Under the pieces are notes generated by a model. That model saw nothing but the letters and a program-made list of their open reading frames with translations. It did not search any database and was not told the DNA's origin. The position numbers and the translations under genes were made by a program. Of a stretch of 64,000 bases of DNA, positions 46,873 through 60,228 are shown piece by piece (position 1 is the stretch's first letter; every line of letters starts with the position of its first letter). The DNA is from Carcharhinus amblyrhynchos (Eukaryota). The stretch lies in NCBI GenBank assembly GCA_965287045.1, contig OZ336881.1:64852001-64916000 (forward strand), written 5' to 3'.

Positions 46873-49800
46873 AATACTAGTTTGCAACCTGTTCCAACCA
46901 AAAACTGGCAAGAGTGACAAGCTTATTGAAGGGAGGCATTACTGTTTTAATCAAGTCTACAGAAAGTATTTCGGAACTATTTTTGTCCCTTTCTCTTCTA
47001 TTTCACAAAAAATGGTTTTCTCCTTTATAAAAATCCTTACATTGTGTTCTGAAGCACCATAAGGATAGAATAGGAAGCAATTAACTGGCCAAGAATTAAG
47101 GTGATGTGTTTCCCGGAACTGCCTTCTTGGGGAAATGGTGGAAACAATCTGTATTGATTCAATCAAATTGAAATTAAATAGATTTATTAGAAAATATTTA
47201 TATTTGGGATACAGCATAAGCTACGCTTGGGAGGTACAGGCAAAAGTTCTGCAGCACTAGAGGCGTCCTTGCCCCATGTTTGGGTCTGTTGTTGACTTAT
47301 TAATTGTGAATAATTGTGATTATTAGTCAACAACCCCATTATAATTGTGCAGTGTGATGACTAGAATGATAATCGATGAACTGGAGCTAGATGAATCTTG
47401 GCCCGTTTTTGTCTGAGTTCCTGTGATGAACATTCTTTAACTTGCTGATGCCATGATTTTAGACATGTAGCAAATTATCCTTTTAATTATCCTTTTTAAA
47501 AAAGAAACTCGCGCCATAACACATGATGTTTTGAAGCAAGTGAAAGCAAAATTTTCAACAGCATTAAACCAGAAGATCATCTTGCACCAAAAAGTTATTT
47601 TCAGTTCAGTGTATTCCATACAGCTATGCAACAATACCCACGTGAAACAAGAGATGTGTCCTTGAAATAAAGCATACCTATCAAAGCTGCTTTTAACTTG
47701 TGCAGACTAACCATCATTGATTTTACTGTCAGATTGTTGATGACATAAACCAGTTAGAGAGAAAAATAACAAAAGTCTTGATAGTGCAAATGGTAGCAGT
47801 GAAGAATATGTCTTCATAGCATATAATGTATCAAATGTTTCCCTGTTGCATTGCTCGTAGCAGGTGATAGCAATTGAAACAACTTAAAAAATTTCAACTG
47901 AGCATCAGAAGTAAGACTAGTTCTCTTAAGTTATTGAAGATTAGAATTCAAAGTGGCAAAGGACCGCCCAACAATAGATTAAAAGGTCAAAGCAAAGTGG
48001 AAATGGGGTGTATTAAACAAATGTGTGAGAAAGAGATTGAAAAATAAGGAGTGGGAGAGAAAACTCATCAATGGAACTTGAAATTAAGTGAAATCTGCAA
48101 CACAGTGAAGAAAATGAATACGAATAGTAAGACAAGTAGAATAGTAGACATAAAATAAACAATCACCCAAGTTAGTTGCTGATTCATAGGACGGTGGTCC
48201 TTAATATGTTAGAAAGCTCTGTTGACTGATATGTGCTGACAAATTACATGGTTCCTTGCAATGCTGACTGAACACTTGGACGTATAAAGTAACTTTTGTT
48301 ATTGAATATTTTGCTATAATAATCGAGCATCAAAGACCAGCAGTGAGGTTGTTTAGTTGGTACAGTTGTTCCCCTGTGCTTCATTCTTTCTCAGATCCTT
48401 ACTTTATGTATGAGAAGCCGTTGGATGGTCATGATGCACCATTTCATGAAACATGCAAACGGGATGGAACAATAAGAACATGTTGACTTGGAATGAAATA
48501 ATTCTCCAACAAAAATCAATCAGTCATACACTGAGGCTGAAACCCTAATCTAACAAGTGTGAGCTCAGTTCTACTCCAACTTGCACAAAAAAGAGCCTGC
48601 CCAACTCAAATAAAAACGTGCATTAACAGATGTACAGTGAAATTGCAGTTTGTATGGTGTTGTGGATGCAATTTAGTAGCATGCATTATTTGGTTTTAGT
48701 TTTATGAAACCTGCAAGACTTTGAATGTATTTAATCTGCAATACAAGAACGATCATGTCTGTGGATTTTCTGTATAGCTATGCAATCACATTCCCCTTCT
48801 GCAAAGAGTTGCACTTCAACTTGGCAGATAAGAAAATGGGTGCCGAGGACCTCTGGGGAAAATATTCCAATTTAGTGTTAATGTCGACTAGGCTATAATG
48901 ATTTTTTTCATCGGGGTTTGTGACTGTTTAGTTTTGAATCCCTAATGGATTTTTGAATAAAAGGAGGTGAGTAGATGAAAAGGATGTAATGGTGTGAATT
49001 GAAAGTGCCCTAATCAATTGAGGATATGTTGTTATTCAAGTCATGTTTAGAAAAACTAATGTATGATGTCAGACTTCCTGCCACAAGAGGTATAATTTAA
49101 ACTACAAAATTCTGTAAGATGAATGTTTTATGTCATTGTCACTAGAGTTTATAAGGTGCCTTGGCTGGTAAAGCACTACTTAGTCTTTGAGCAATAAGCT
49201 GTAAATGTAGAACATCCATGAGGTTAGGAGATTTAGTTAAGCTGACCTAGATGTTCTTTTGAGGATTGAGTCTTATTGTAAGTGAAAACTGTTCTCAATA
49301 TCAGATGAAACTGAAGGATATCTGCATTTATTGCTTAGCCGTCCTTGAAATGACAGGCACATCAATCAAGTCTAAACACAGGAGATTTAATACATTTCAT
49401 GTTGTGGATTTGTGTTGTTGAGATCCATGTCATTTGGATAAGTGAAGATATTGAAAGTTGTAATCAAATGTACTATTTGTTCTGCACCTATAATCAAACT
49501 CTTTTGTTTAATTTTCGGGATTCAGGGATGTTTAATATTTCATTTCAAGCTATATTTTTTATGTAAGCTTACTTTAACTGCTAAAGTTGGCATGAAAATT
49601 TATCTGCTCCATCAACCTCAATATAGGAAAAATGAACTTGAGAACTTAAGAGAGTATTACCAAATTTTTAGAACATTGGGAGAGTTACTTTGTTTATTTA
49701 AATCCTTATAAATTAAAAAAAAAGGAAGCTCAGCACATCATTCTGGTAAATGTAACATTTAAATTCATTTTAAGAGGATATTTATGAACCTTGTTATACA

Positions 49801-50221
49801 TAAACTATGAACTGCATAGCAGAAGCTTCCTTTCTTATGAAATGAATTTGTAGAAAGTCCATATTAAACTATTCCTATAATAAACTGAACTAACATGGTT
49901 GTATTAAGTGCCTTGAATATAAAGACTAAGTCAAAAATGGCTTACAGAACAGGCTTAAGAACATTTGATTATTCATGCTAATTGTGGCACAGCAAACTGG
50001 TTGTGATTAGTGTGAGTTTTTTTAAATTGTAGTTTTGAATTGTAGACAAATTAAATGCTGTTTTACCATAGTTATGAATGTTATAAATTTTGTTCAGTAA
50101 TTCTATATATAAAAAGTGATCATCTCATGCAGGCGTTAAAGCTCAATCATTCTAAGAAATGTATTAATTTTGTCCAAGTGCCTTTTACTAATCTAACCTT
50201 TTTTTCTTGTCCTTCCTACAG

Positions 50222-50290
50222 ACACCTGGCCTGAGAGCCCGTCCAGGGAGGCTTCAGTGGTTTGCAGATAAATGCACAGCCACGAATCAA
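50222..50290 (+). CDS. LRPPRC: LRPPRC coding exon (69 nt)
   Basis: cctacag|ACA CCT...AAT CAA|gtaggt; TPGLRARPGRLQWFADKCTATNQ. Confidence 0.96.
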
Positions 50291-50319
50291 GTAGGTTGGC
50301 TGTGTGGTTTCTCAATTAG

Positions 50320-50672
50320 AATCGACGTTGAGGGAATGTTTCCCCTCGGGGGAGGGGGGGAATTTAAAATGAGGGGTCACAGTTTCAGAATAAGGAGTCT
50401 CCCTTTTCAGACTGAGGGCAGGAGAAATTTCTTCTGAGGGCCATTTGTCTTTGGGATTCTCTTCAACAGAGAGCAGTGTAGGCTGGATCATTGAGTATGT
50501 TCAAGGCTGAGTTTAGCAAATGTTCAATTAACGTGGGAATCACTTGTTGTGAGGGGACAGGCGGGAGAGTGGAGTTGAGGCTGCAATCAGATCAGCCATG
50601 ACCTAGTCGAATGGTGGAGCAAGCTTGATGGGCCGAATGGCTTACTCCTATTTCTTATGCTCCTGTGACCTT
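50320..50672 (+). mobile_element. CR1 3' end starting about 30 nt downstream of an LRPPRC donor
   Basis: Decayed VEGMFPL..RGHSFRIRSLPFQTEGRRNFF peptide; tail GATCAGCCATGA...GGGCCGAATGGCTTACTCCTATTTCTTATG. Confidence 0.85.
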
Positions 50673-50889
50673 ATAAAAGAAGGTTGGTGTTGGGGAGGGG
50701 AAAAGAGGAGAATGGCGTCATCTGCAAGCATGTTTCTAATCCAATCAAATCATCTAAATCGTAAAGTAAGGCTGTGCATTCCTTCTAAGATTGATTATAA
50801 TTAGACTGTTTTGGAAACCTTTTATATTCACAAAACCTTTCCATTAAGAACTTTGTTTCGTTGTGAAATATTTTCCTAATTTGCTTCAG

Positions 50890-50980
50890 ATTGAGGCACT
50901 TGAGAACATGGTGGAAATGACCCAGAAGCTATTCGAATGTGACCGGGATCAGATGTACTATTATCTTCTGAAGCTTTTCA
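50890..50980 (+). CDS. LRPPRC: LRPPRC coding exon (91 nt)
   Basis: gcttcag|ATT GAG...TTC A|gtgagt; [30 protein letters not shown]. Confidence 0.97.
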
Positions 50981-53900
50981 GTGAGTGAACTTTTGATTGG
51001 ATACTAAGCTTGAAAATTATATATAAAATACTGTGCCCAAAGTACAGTGCATGTTTTTTTAAGTCTTCAAGCACAACATAGGTTAATTGCAATCTGAAAT
51101 GATGCTAATTTTTCAGAGTAGGTAAGACTGACGACAGCATTCAAGCTCTTGAACATTGGAGTGAGCTAAAATGTGTAATTATAATGTATTTTTTGACAAC
51201 TGACAGTTGGTTCATCCCAGTATAAATCTAATGCTTTCTTTTCTGCCCCCCTTGGGTGAAGTGGGTGGGGTAGAAGGCGAGAATTGGCAGCTGATTGTTA
51301 CTGATCTTTCAGTACTAGTCGCCGCCAATCTGTTAAATTCCAAAGTCAGATTTGTTGTTAATTTTTATTTAAAAATTGTTGCATGTTCATGTAACATGCA
51401 GCTATGAATCTAGAATCGATTTCCTTTCAAAGATCATTCTTCTGCTGGCTCTTCCAGCAGTTAGCTTTATGCTAAGTGGCATGTGTACGTTGCGTGCAAT
51501 CTATGAGCATTGCAATTACTGTTACACAGCTGTAGTCTGCATGCTGTGTGTTTTCTGTTGGGAAACTAGTAAGAATAAATCTCCTATGAACAGTTTCTAA
51601 GCAGTTTCTGAAGCCATTTTCCAGTCATACAATCAGTCGAACTTTGTGATGTTTCCTTTGCATGTAATTTGTTTGGAAGTGTCAATAATCAGAACATTAG
51701 TCACAAATTGAACAAAATTTGTTATGTCAACACTTCATATAGAGATCATAACAGTTTTTGCAAATTACCTTGTGTATTTTTGCACTCCTCCAATTATGGC
51801 TTCTTGCCTAGTCTTGATTTTAATTGCTCCACTAGTGGCCTTCAGGCCATAAGTTCTGGAATTCCTTCCCTAAATCTCTCCGCATTGCCACACCTCTTCT
51901 CATTTAAGGGGCTCCAAAAAACTAATTGGTCAAACTTTTGATCATCTATTCTAATATTACCTACTGTGGTTTAGTATCAAATTTTGGTTGATAATTCTCA
52001 TGTGAAATGCCTTGTGACTTAAGCATGTCAAAGATGGCTTTTATTATAAATGCAACTTGTTGAAGAACAAACATGAAATGTAGATTTTTTTTTCACAAGA
52101 GTTTATGATAGGGATGTGAATAAAAAAGATGAAGTAATTATAATGGATGCTGCAAAGGCTCTCTTTTGGTGTTTCCCTGACACAAATATAGTTTGGTCTC
52201 TGCTACATTAACTAATTTTGATGGAGTCACCAGTTAACTGACCTATAGTCAGGAGAGATCAGCTAGAATTCTCACTCTTGCTCGCTATTCCTCAGCTATG
52301 AAAAGTGCAATTATGAACCTGAATGTAGACCAGTTAAAATTCAGTTGATTTCTGCTCCATCCCCTTCACCTTTTCCATATTTAAATACCTTGATATTTGC
52401 AGTCCAAATGCATTTTTGATGAATAATTAGCTATCCAGAGTTCAGTTCTTTTAATATCAGACATTTCACCCTTATTTTTGGAGATACTTTTTACTTATTA
52501 TCAAATTGCAAACTGTAAAACAATTTGGGAGGTACAGTTGGTGGGAGCATAGGAGTTTCTGTGCAGTACAAACTCAGCAGCTGAGAGGTGCAAATCTGAG
52601 GCTTGATAGCATCGCACTGGTGTGAAAGCACAATTACAGCCTGACAAGTCTCAATGTGAAACGAGATTGCATAAGCAGTTTCCACAACAAATGTGGGCAC
52701 AGCAATTTATAATGGAAAACAATGTTTTAATAACTTGCTAGTCAGTCAGCGTAGTGTTGCATGTGGAAAATCTGGATCAAGTGCAGTATTCAGATTAAAC
52801 AGGGAGGAGGATAATTGTGCCAAGCCCAAAGTAGGACTGTCTTGATGTGAGAAAGGACAGAATCGTATGGTGGGTTATTGGGAGGAGTTACAAGCAATTG
52901 AAAATGTTTGTGGGAAGGGGAAATGGGATTTGGGCCACAAATAAGAGACCTGTGCTAAGGAACAGGTGGGTAGAGAAAATTGAAGGTCACAGGAGGTGCA
53001 AGAACAAGGGAGAAAGAGAAAGAGGCTACACAAATGGAATTCTGACATTACTGAGCTGCAGCAGGGAAAAGCATGGTGCATGAGTTAGAGAAGACCCTTG
53101 GTGGGATATAATTCAAGGGATGTCAGATGTCTTTTTAATATTAACCTATTGGCTGAAGTATAATTTTGTAAGCTAATTAAGTCCCGCAACAACTATGCAT
53201 GGCACAGGATATTCTTTATAATGATTTTGAGTTGTGGATACTGGATGAGTTCTGAAACTTTTTTCATGTACAAGTAATGATATTTTGGAGAATATTAACT
53301 GTCAAAGCATGCTGCATTGAGAATTGAAGTTGCATAATCCCACTCTTGACTGGAGGAAAGTGTCCCATATCTCTGGCTGTTAAAAGACCAAAGAGAAAAC
53401 TGATTTCTGCAGGGTCAATCTGTATCCACATGGACATGAGCCAACAACACAAATCTGCCTTTAATTTGTTTTCCAGAAGGCTACAAAGGTTAGGTGGTAT
53501 GGAAACTGAAAATGTCACAAGAAGCCTGACAGATGGTGCTTAGTGTGGGGGGTGGCCTGTGTTTATTGCATTTAACATTCAATGTACTTTTACTGTGGAA
53601 ATTCTCTTTGATACCACTGAGTACCAAATGAAAAGCCTTGCCTTTGCAAGAAAATTTCTGTTGGTTCATATAAAAATATCATGGGAATTTATCTGTTCCT
53701 GTTATCGTTTTTATCTTTAGGGTTCTTCTCTTTCAAAGATTAATGTAGTCATTTGGTGTCTCAAGTCCATTCTCATGTTTTTCATGACTTGAACCACCTA
53801 GTCTTATGCCTTCTCTCGAAGCTATTTGATTGGTGCTTCACCACAATCAACTTTTCTAATTGATATTTACAATATACAGGTTCTGTCTTAGAAAGAAGAA

Positions 53901-54488
53901 GGTTGAGTTGTGACTTGATAGCGGCCTTTAAAATTATGAAAGGATCTGATAGATTGGAAACAAAGAGAATGCTCCAGATCTTCTGTGTAATGGCGATGAT
54001 AGGTGGATTGCTGTAGCGATTGAAAATCGCCTGCGCTGCTGCACAGTTTGGCTTTCATAGATTTCAGCACTGCCTCTGCTTTTGTATTCTCCAAAAACAA
54101 GACCATGTCTTCTGTGGTGCCACCTTTATAACCTGTATATCTGTATTGCAAAGTCCCTCCAAAATCTTATTATTTATATTGCTTTATTTTCCTATTCTTA
54201 ATGTAAAATGCATCACTTCGCATCTCTCAGCATTGGACCTCAACAACCACTTTGCTAATCTTATTAGCTCCTTCAGTCTTTCACAACCCGAGTCACACTT
54301 GGCTTGCTGTTCCCAAAATTTGATGTCATCAGATTACATTATTCCTTCAATTCCCAGTGCAGATCGTTTAAGAGTCATAAATACATATGCTCAGGATGGA
54401 ACTTCGCTCCTCATACATTCTATTCCAAGTGACCCCAAAATTATTTTCTAATCTCTTGTGTCTCAAACGAACATCTTGATTTAAACAG

Positions 54489-54631
54489 AGGAAAATAATG
54501 ACTGGCGGAAAGCTGATGCAACGTGGACCAAAATGCAGGAGGAAAATGTGATACCTCGAGAGAGGACACTTCGATTACTTGCTGAAATACTCAAGACCAA
54601 TGGCCAGGAGATTCCATTTGAAGTTCCTGAG
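54489..54631 (+). CDS. LRPPRC: LRPPRC coding exon (143 nt)
   Basis: ttaaacag|AG GAA...CCT GAG|gtactt; (K)[47 protein letters not shown]. Confidence 0.96.
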
Positions 54632-54749
54632 GTACTTATTTTTAACCAAAAATGATTTAATTTGCATTCCTTAAATTTTAATGAAAGCATAATCAAAATA
54701 TACAGTTGCTATAGAATTTCTATTTCAGGCACTACTTCACAAATTTATG

Positions 54750-55850
54750 TAAGGACAAGTATAGATCATTCAGCTGCTTCAGCTTGTTCTGCTGTTCAAC
54801 TAGCCCACGGCTGATCTGTACTTCATTTGCTTGCTTTTCTTCCATGTCCCTTGATACCTTTGCCTGAAAAAGTCTGGTGAACATTTTAATTGGCTCAGGA
54901 CTCAGCAACCCAAAGAGGGTTGGTGGGGGCTGTGAGGGGGAGCGGGGGATCCCAATTTTTCAGTTCCCTTTGTGTGGGGGAAAATGCTTCATCATTGCAA
55001 TCCTAAATTGTCTGTATCTAGTTTGAAGAGCCGTCTTGTTTTGGATTCCTCCAGCAGATGAAATAATTTATGTGCACCTATCTAAACAAGTCCCTTCATC
55101 TTTTCAAGTACTTTGATATCAATCATCCCTTAATCTTACAAATTAAAGGAAATGAAGACGAATTGATGCGACCTGTCCTCATAATTTAGCCCTGTAAGTC
55201 CGAAACTAATTCCAGTCAATTTGCATTTGTACCCCTTTCAAAACCAGTGTATCTTGAGGTTTAGAACCCAAACTGAATTCAGTACTTCAAATGGGGTCTG
55301 ACAATAGTTGTCCACAGCTCAAGCATCACTTCCTCACTTTGGAATTCCATCTCTTGAGATGAAGGGCAGCAAGTCAGTAACCTCTCTGATTACAGCTTAT
55401 GCACTAGATATTTTTATTTGTGATAATAAACACCTAAATACTTTTCTTCCTACATAGGCGTTTGTCTCATACTATTAAAGAAATGCTCTGACTTGCCTTT
55501 CCCACATCAGAAAAGGATAACCTATTTCCCAACATTTTTCTCCATCTACCCTAGTTTTGTCCATTTACTTGCTCCTTTTTTCCCTTTATAATTTCTTCCT
55601 CCCATTGACAGTATTTATCAGAAGTCAGGAAGTAGTGTGTCATCTACCAGTATGGATATGAAATTCTATTCCTTCAACTCTTCGGAATATTCCAGTGATG
55701 ATGTCCCAGTGCAGATTCCTACTGAACCCACTTGTCACATTTCACCAACTAGAGAAGATATCTTTCAAGCTTTTTATTGGTTCCCTACCTCCTAATCAAT
55801 TACCAAGCCAATATAACTTTTACGTTTGCAGTTCAAATGTCTTTGTGGAA
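54750..55850 (-). mobile_element. Old CR1 fragment
   Basis: GGCTGATCTG, CCCAAACTGAATTCAGTACTTCAAATGGGGTCTGAC and other CR1-like antisense motifs; heavily decayed. Confidence 0.6.
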
Positions 55851-56211
55851 AGACACCAATGTGGAAACCACTGAAAGCTGACTGTTGGCAAATAATGACT
55901 TGCAAAAATGAATGAAATCTTCATATAAGATCAACTTTATCTGCTTAAGCACGAAGAAGTGGAATGATTGCTACAGAACCATGAGGCTTCTCTCACTACT
56001 TTGCTCAAATATTGGTGACTGCCTTCAGCTGCAGAGACATTTGGACTCTGAAATCCTGTTCCTAAACCTCTATAACACTTATAAACTTGAGGTCATCCAA
56101 AACTCTGCTGACCATGTCCTAAGTCAATATTCTAAGTCGTACCAAGACCTGTTCACTGGTCACCACTATGCTTACTGTAACCCCTTGTATTTATCCTGTT
56201 AATCCTCCTGA

Positions 56212-56368
56212 CAGTGGGGGGCAATTTAACGTGGCCGATCAACGTCACACGCACATCTTTGGACTGTGGGAGGAAACCCATGCAAACACAGGAAGAAAGT
56301 GCAAACTCTACACCCAAGGTTGGAGTTGAACCTGTGTCTCGGGTGCTGTGAGGCAACAGTGCTCACCA
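56212..56368 (-). mobile_element. Short V-SINE with 7-bp TSD inside an L2-like remnant
   Basis: CTCCTGA at 56205-56211 and 56369-56375; V domain GGACTGTGGGAGGAAACC...GTGCAAACTC. Confidence 0.75.
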
Positions 56369-57202
56369 CTCCTGATTAAGCAGTTTTTCAATTTTAAGAT
56401 TCTTATTATTGTTTTCAAATCTTGGTTTCATTGCTTCCTATCTTTGTAATTTAATTTATGCCTATAATCTTCCAATATATCTGTTTTTCTCTAATTTTGG
56501 TATCTTTGCGCTCCCAATTTTCACGACTCTGCCATTGACTGAACATAGTCATCTATTGACAAGCAAGGATTTGCAAATGAATGAAACTTCCATATAAAAT
56601 TGCAATCTTACTTGTCTAAAGCAATAGTACTGAAATTGTTACATAAATTTTGACAACTTCCCCCATTTCCTTCACCCAAACATGGGTGGCTATGCCTTCA
56701 GCTGCCAAGGTCCTAAACTCTGAAATTCCCTCTCTAAACCTGTCCATACCTCAAACTTCCTTTCCTCCTTTAAAATGTTCCTTGAAACCTAACTCAAATC
56801 AAGCTTTTGGTCATTTACCCAATATCATCTAATGTGGCTCAGTGTCAATTTTTACCTGATAATGTTCCTATATCATATTAATATTTTACTATGTTAAAGG
56901 TGCTTTTTTAATGTAGCTTTTTATAAGCTATAATGAATGTTAAAGTAGATTGCTCTCACTCTGACCTGCCAGTATCTGAGCAACATTGCTGGAGTCATCT
57001 GCACTAGCTGTCAGTTAGCAGCATGTGTGCAATTAAAGTCAAAACAAGAGGGTAAAATGTCTTTAATAAAGCACAATGCCTAACCTAGAGAATAAGAAAA
57101 GGCCATCCGGTCATTTTGACTTCTTTTGTATGTCTGCTATTGTTTCTCTCTTTTTGCCTGAATCTGACACATTCTAATTTTGTTAAAAAAATTGTTTCTC
57201 AG

Positions 57203-57347
57203 ATATGGTATGAGGATGCGGCAAGATCCACTTCATCTGCTGCTCTCAACCAAGCTGCACAAAAACGAGCTACTGATTTGCCTGTTGATTCTGCCAGTGA
57301 CTATCAGCGCAGACTGCTGACCCTTTGTAAGAAGAATAACATTCAAG
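57203..57347 (+). CDS. LRPPRC: LRPPRC coding exon (145 nt)
   Basis: ttctcag|ATA TGG TAT...CAA G|gtacaa; IWYEDAARSTSSAALNQAAQKRATDLPVDSASDYQRRLLTLCKKNNIQ. Confidence 0.93.
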
Positions 57348-58653
57348 GTACAATTTGTGACCGCTTTTTAAAACAAGTTACTGTTTTATTGATTTCAGAA
57401 TTCAAAATAAATTTGAACATTTATACTGGGTGGCAGAGCTCAGTTCAGGTGCCAACTATTAGTATATTCCTGCACATTCTCAGCAGCCTTTAATTGGAAA
57501 TTTTACTAAATTTGGCCCAGCTGGAAAAGACTGTTTTGTATGGTACTGAACTGAACAGGCCAGGATAATCATAAACTAATCGTATGTTTGTAGAGTTTAA
57601 TAAAACATTGACTGTCAGCTGTATTAATGATCAGATGGACGACAGCAGTTTTTTTTCAGCATATCTTCACACCCTTTTTTCACCTTTTAAGGAATAGTGG
57701 GGAGATGATGGAAGGATTCCCAGGCTGATTATCAGCCCTTTGAACCATGTCATGAACACACCCCTCTGGCCAACAAACGTTGCCATGGAACTTGATCCAT
57801 GGGTTTCTGGCCCAGAGCTAATGATGCTCCCTTAGCACCATAAGACCTCACAAGATACCCCTCCCAGCATCTGACCATGTTGGGAGAAGAAGATTGCATT
57901 GGAGACAAAATGTAACATGTCCTGATGCACCTTCCTGTCAGTCTGATTATTCATTCAGCACGTGCTTTAGAAAATGACTTTTTGTTCTGTTTGTTCAAGC
58001 CCTTTTGATTTGACCGTGCTATTATTGCCTCACTGACAGCTTGTACCTTTTTAAATCAAGCCTCCCTTTTATTTAAATTGGATCTTGTTAAGTAACTATT
58101 CGCAAATTATTTATTTGGGTTGTTAAGATCCGGAATGCAGAAAGGATGATAAAATCAAATTTCTTAGCAATGTTCAAAAGGCAATCAGATGTGCATTGGA
58201 AGAGAACTAATTTGCATGGTTATGGAGAAAATGTTGATGTTATGGGACTAAATTTGACTGCTGTTTCGAAGAGAAAACATAGACATGATGGGCCAAAGGG
58301 CCCCCTTCTATGCTGTAAAAAATTTTTGATATCATACTACTAACTTATTGTGGAGAATAGAAATCAAATGGAGAAATTAACTCTGTCCATGAGATTCCTA
58401 TCAATGATGAGGTCAGTTATTCTGCCAATTCCTGCAGCAATCTGATTTGCTTGCAATTAGAGAAATATAGTCCAGTTATTTATCTATCTGATATCCTGGG
58501 AATGGGAATCTGTGTTAATAATTTTTAAATCATTGACAATATTTTCCAATCTGTGTTTTTGGTTTCTCTTGTTCAGAGCACTAAATGGCTATCTTTTTGG
58601 TCAACAGGCCATGTTGGATGAAATGTAGTGGTCCTGTTCACAAACTATACTAT

Positions 58654-59413
58654 GGGTGGAATTTTACCAGTTTGCCCTGCATGTTGGTGGGCGGAGCGAG
58701 CTGGTAAAATCGCACGAGAGCTGAGAAATCAGAATCATGCCCGAGTTCTTGGCTTTCGCGATCTTATGAGAGCCGGATTTCCTGCGAGGTCAGCCTCTCA
58801 CCAGAAATGGGCGAGAGGCTGAATAAATTGTTAATTTATTGAAATGCAGATTTTAAAAGACAGCCGTGGGACCGAAGGGGCGGCCCAATTGGGGAGGGAA
58901 GGGGAGGGCCAGTTGTCACTTTGCAGATGCAATTGGTGCAGGAGGGAAGGGGGGCCCCACTACCACTCTGCAGGTCCAGTCGGTTTCGGGGGGGGAAGGA
59001 GGGACCCATTTGGCATCCTGATCATTGGAGGGGAGGTGAAGGTGGCAGAGCCTGCATTTTGGGCAGTATAGGGCTTGCAATTGGCCGTGTGCCCCCGCGA
59101 TTGCGGGGTGGAGAAGATTGTTGAGGTTGTCTGCAGTAGCAGGGACCTGACAGTTTTTTGTCAGTTTGTCAGACCTCTGCTGCTACTATTGCGTATGTGC
59201 AGATTCAGAAGCCTGTGCATGCACAGTAGCTCCCTCTGCAGGCTGGCCGGCACATTAAGCCCAAAACACTGCCTGTAGCAACTAGAAATGATTTAGTCAA
59301 TTTTTTCACACACTGCACAAGATTGGGCATGAAAACTTGCCCAAAAATGGATCTGCAACTCTCCCATTTTCACCTAGCTGGATAGCTAGAATCATTCTCA
59401 TAAAATTCCACCC
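58654..59413. mobile_element. 760-bp MITE, PIF/Harbinger-like
   Basis: Perfect 13-bp TIR GGGTGGAATTTTA / TAAAATTCCACCC; 3-bp TSD TAT at 58651-58653 and 59414-59416; GC-rich interior with no transposase. Confidence 0.8.
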
Positions 59414-59644
59414 TATGTCTTGGAGGCTGTTCCTTTCAACTCTGTTCACTGATTACCAAATCTGGAGGTCCATATTCTTGTCTCCTGAAATAATTCTTAA
59501 AATATGCACCTTTTCTGACCATTAGTTTATGTTTATTCTTATAGAGCACACAATTATATTGTGTAAGTGAGCTCTTTCTTGACACAGCTATGAAGTTGTT
59601 TCTGACAATATTCTTCTGCCTGTTGTTTACTTTCCCTCCAAGTA

Positions 59645-60069
59645 CCAGCTGTGGCTCAGTGGTGGCGCTTTCACCTGAAGGTTGTGTGTTTCAAACCCTA
59701 CGCCAGGACCTGTGTACCTAGTCCAGGCTGATATTCTAGTGCAGTATTGAGGGAATGTTATGTTGTTAGAGTGTCACCATTTGGAAGAGATATTAAATCG
59801 AGGACCCAGTTACCCTGTTGGGTTGAGGCAAATCAATCCAGGGAGCTAAGCAAGGAAGAGTCAGATGAGTTTTTTTGGTTATCTGGTCAACAGTTACTCA
59901 TCTCCAACATCTGTAAAACAGATTTTCTGATAGTTACCTCATTGCTAGTTGTGAGACCTGGCTGTGTGCAGGTTAACTCCCTTGTTATCTCAATGAGATT
60001 ATGATTCTTCAATAGTACTTCATGGCTGTGAAGCATTTTGGGATATCCTGAGATATTGGAAGACACTAT
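59645..60069 (+). mobile_element. DeuSINE (SacSINE1-like), nearly complete
   Basis: tRNA head GTGGCTCAGTGG, CCAGGCTGA..CTAGTGCAGTATTGAGGGA, Deu domain, tail GGCTGTGAAGCATTTTGGGATATCCTGAG. Confidence 0.75.
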
Positions 60070-60228
60070 TTCCCACAGTCCAAAAGACATGCTGGTTAGT
60101 TGCATTGGCCATGTTAAATTCTCTGTATATCCGAACAAGTGCCAGAGTGTGGCACCTAGGAAATTTTCACAGTAACTTCATTGCAGTGTCAATGTAAGCC
60201 TACCTGTGACTAAATAAACTTTTAACTT
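60070..60228 (+). mobile_element. 5'-truncated V-SINE inserted at the DeuSINE tail
   Basis: TTCCCACAGTCCAAAAGAC...GTAACTTCATTGCAGTG...TAAATAAACTTT. Confidence 0.8.

Noticed and set aside
47353-47460. GTGATGA...CTGA pairs resembling C/D box snoRNAs
   Set aside because: No terminal stem, no recognisable rRNA-complementary guide, and far from the 3' splice site.
54020-54451. 143-aa + strand ORF just upstream of an exon
   Set aside because: Non-ATG start, lies in decayed repeat-like intron sequence, and is not needed for the LRPPRC frame.
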